Made by a program: the position numbers and the translations under genes
Assembly (NCBI GenBank): GCA_965649765.1
Contig: OZ287749.1
Location: 5,642,001-5,706,000, forward strand
Length of the DNA: 64,000 bases
From: Bispira polyomma
Taxonomy: Eukaryota
Direction: 5' to 3'
In this document: in pieces, positions 62,543 to 64,000 of the stretch
Position numbering within the stretch: the stretch's first letter is position 1
Layout of the letters: every line of letters begins with the position of its first letter
Notes under the pieces: generated by a model
The model's input: the letters and a program-made list of their open reading frames with translations, nothing else
Database searches by the model: none
What the model was told of the DNA's origin: nothing

Positions 62543-63900
62543 TCATATAATATAATTTAAGTTAAAGAAATCCACAGGTATTTGCCTCCAGTGATAAGTG
62601 CCTAGCTCTTCAATTACGGGTCCCTTAGGAGGATTAGCAGAATGGATGCGAGATAATGCATCCGCCTTAATGGTTTTCTTACCCCTAATGTGTTTAATAT
62701 TTAAAGTTATGTCAAAAGTAGAAGCTAAAAGCCATATATTTCTAATGCAAGTTGCAAGGAAGGAATCCTTAGTTTTACTAGTGTCAACAACTAACACTAC
62801 AGCCAGATTATCACACCATACCGTGACTCTCTGGTGAGCCCAGTCTTTACCCCATAACTTTAAGGCTATGATAATATTCAACATTTCTAATTGTGTAATG
62901 GCCAATGTTCTGTTATAAATAGGAGTGGCATAAACTTCCTTGTTCCAAACGCCGCCGAAACCCGTCAGGCAAGCATCTAAATGGAATTCTTGCATATGTT
63001 CAATATCCTTGGGTGTAATATATGTGATGCCGTTATATGCAGGAAGAAAAGATAAGAACCAATCAATATCTTGTCTCATGTTGTGTGTGACCTTAAATCT
63101 TTTGGCATGAGGGTTATTTCTGAAAACAGCTAAAAGTCTATTGATAAAAATTCTAGCAGGGCGAACACACTTATGCACATAAAGGAGTTTCCCTAGCAAA
63201 GATTGAAATTTTGTTCTAGATAACCAAGATTTCTGGATAACAACTTGAAGTTCCTGATTAATCTTGTCTTGGTTAATACTAATTGTGTCCTTTCTTATGT
63301 CTATGTCTATTCCTAAAAGTGCTGGGAACGACTGATTTTTCTTGGTTAATGGGAAGACCAAGATTCAGAAGAATGTCATGAAGAAGGTCATAACCTATGC
63401 TAGCCCTATCTTTGGTGCAAATGCAGGCATAATCGTCAATGTAACAGAACAAAGTGAAGCCCTGAGCCCTCATATAGTCGGCCACAATGTCTGAACACCT
63501 CTGAAACGCCGCCCAGCCGTGCGCCCAGCCGAACGCAACGGCAGCGTTGACGTAAGAGCAATTGTCCCAATTTATGCCCAATTTGATGGCGTCAACGGGA
63601 TCAACCCGTAGATTCCTGAATGCCCTAGAAACGTGCGTTTTAAACATGACTGGGTCATTGGTGTTTCTAATCGTTTTAGTAATGTCGTCTAGTGTAGGAA
63701 ATCTGAGAGCAAACTTAGTTCCGTCAAAAAGTGTCCCTGGGGACCTGACTATTTACTGAGAGGTCGTAAGGAAAAGACAAATTAAGAATGATTCTACGCT
63801 TGTCCGTGTCTTTTGGTCTGGTTAACAGGGGTGAAGCGTGATAATGTTTGTCCATTACCCGTGTAACTGGGCCCAGAATGGCCCCTTAGACTTTTCCTTT
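62543..63900 (-). pseudogene. RT-RNase H of second DIRS element, frameshifted
   Basis: ORFs 63279-63647 (YIDD) and 62543-63361 (RNase H) overlap in different frames. Confidence 0.88.
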
Positions 63901-64000
63901 TCCAGATATTTTAGCACCCCCTGAGGGTATTGTATAGCAGAGTGGTGATTGCTTAAGTTATTGTTATGTAATAGTTGAGGATTTTCAAGAGACAGAGGGA

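Larger units (their letters stand above)
61400..64000 (-). mobile_element. Second DIRS-order (Ngaro-like) tyrosine-recombinase retrotransposon, different family, continuing beyond the window end
   Basis: RT (SPLLTRPK, RRIILNLS, VSRAFRN, YIDD), RNase H (DACLTGFGG, LEMLNI, CDNLAVV, HIRGK..ADALSR) and YR (FFGFFRMSN, CPISAL, HTFRRSGAS, HGL*RSSAIWAY); frameshifted. Confidence 0.92.

Overview
AT-rich, intron-rich eukaryotic DNA from an animal, most likely a marine invertebrate such as a mollusc or other lophotrochozoan (inferred from gene family and SINE/LINE types). Three segments of one giant fibronectin-III-like repeat protein family dominate it. (1) Gene A is on the + strand at 36-25962. I traced 41 exons by eye with consistent GT-AG phases and no stops, giving about 2,650 aa. 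Its N-terminus is upstream of the window and it has no C-terminal TM helix. (2) An inverted, 5'-truncated pseudogene copy of gene A exons 24-41 lies on the - strand at 50346-37142. The two arms form a ~38 kb imperfect palindrome with patchy near-identity suggestive of gene conversion. (3) Gene B is a 5'-truncated + strand relative at 50994-59985. It ends in Big_9/cadherin-like modules, two EGF domains and a TM helix, and carries three apparent lesions. The pseudogene and gene B meet head-to-head at ~50.4-51.0 kb and both lack their 5' halves. The palindrome spacer holds nested TEs: a Tx1/L1-like relic, an L2-like LINE, and a DIRS/Ngaro tyrosine-recombinase retrotransposon inside a subterminal-IR element. 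A second DIRS/Ngaro element runs off the right end. Main oddities: tandem arrays built from splice-site/exon junctions (102 bp x5, 69 bp x~9, plus duplicated donors), and a conserved splice acceptor in front of the ATG-less YR ORF in both DIRS elements. All calls are manual and no database searches were run.
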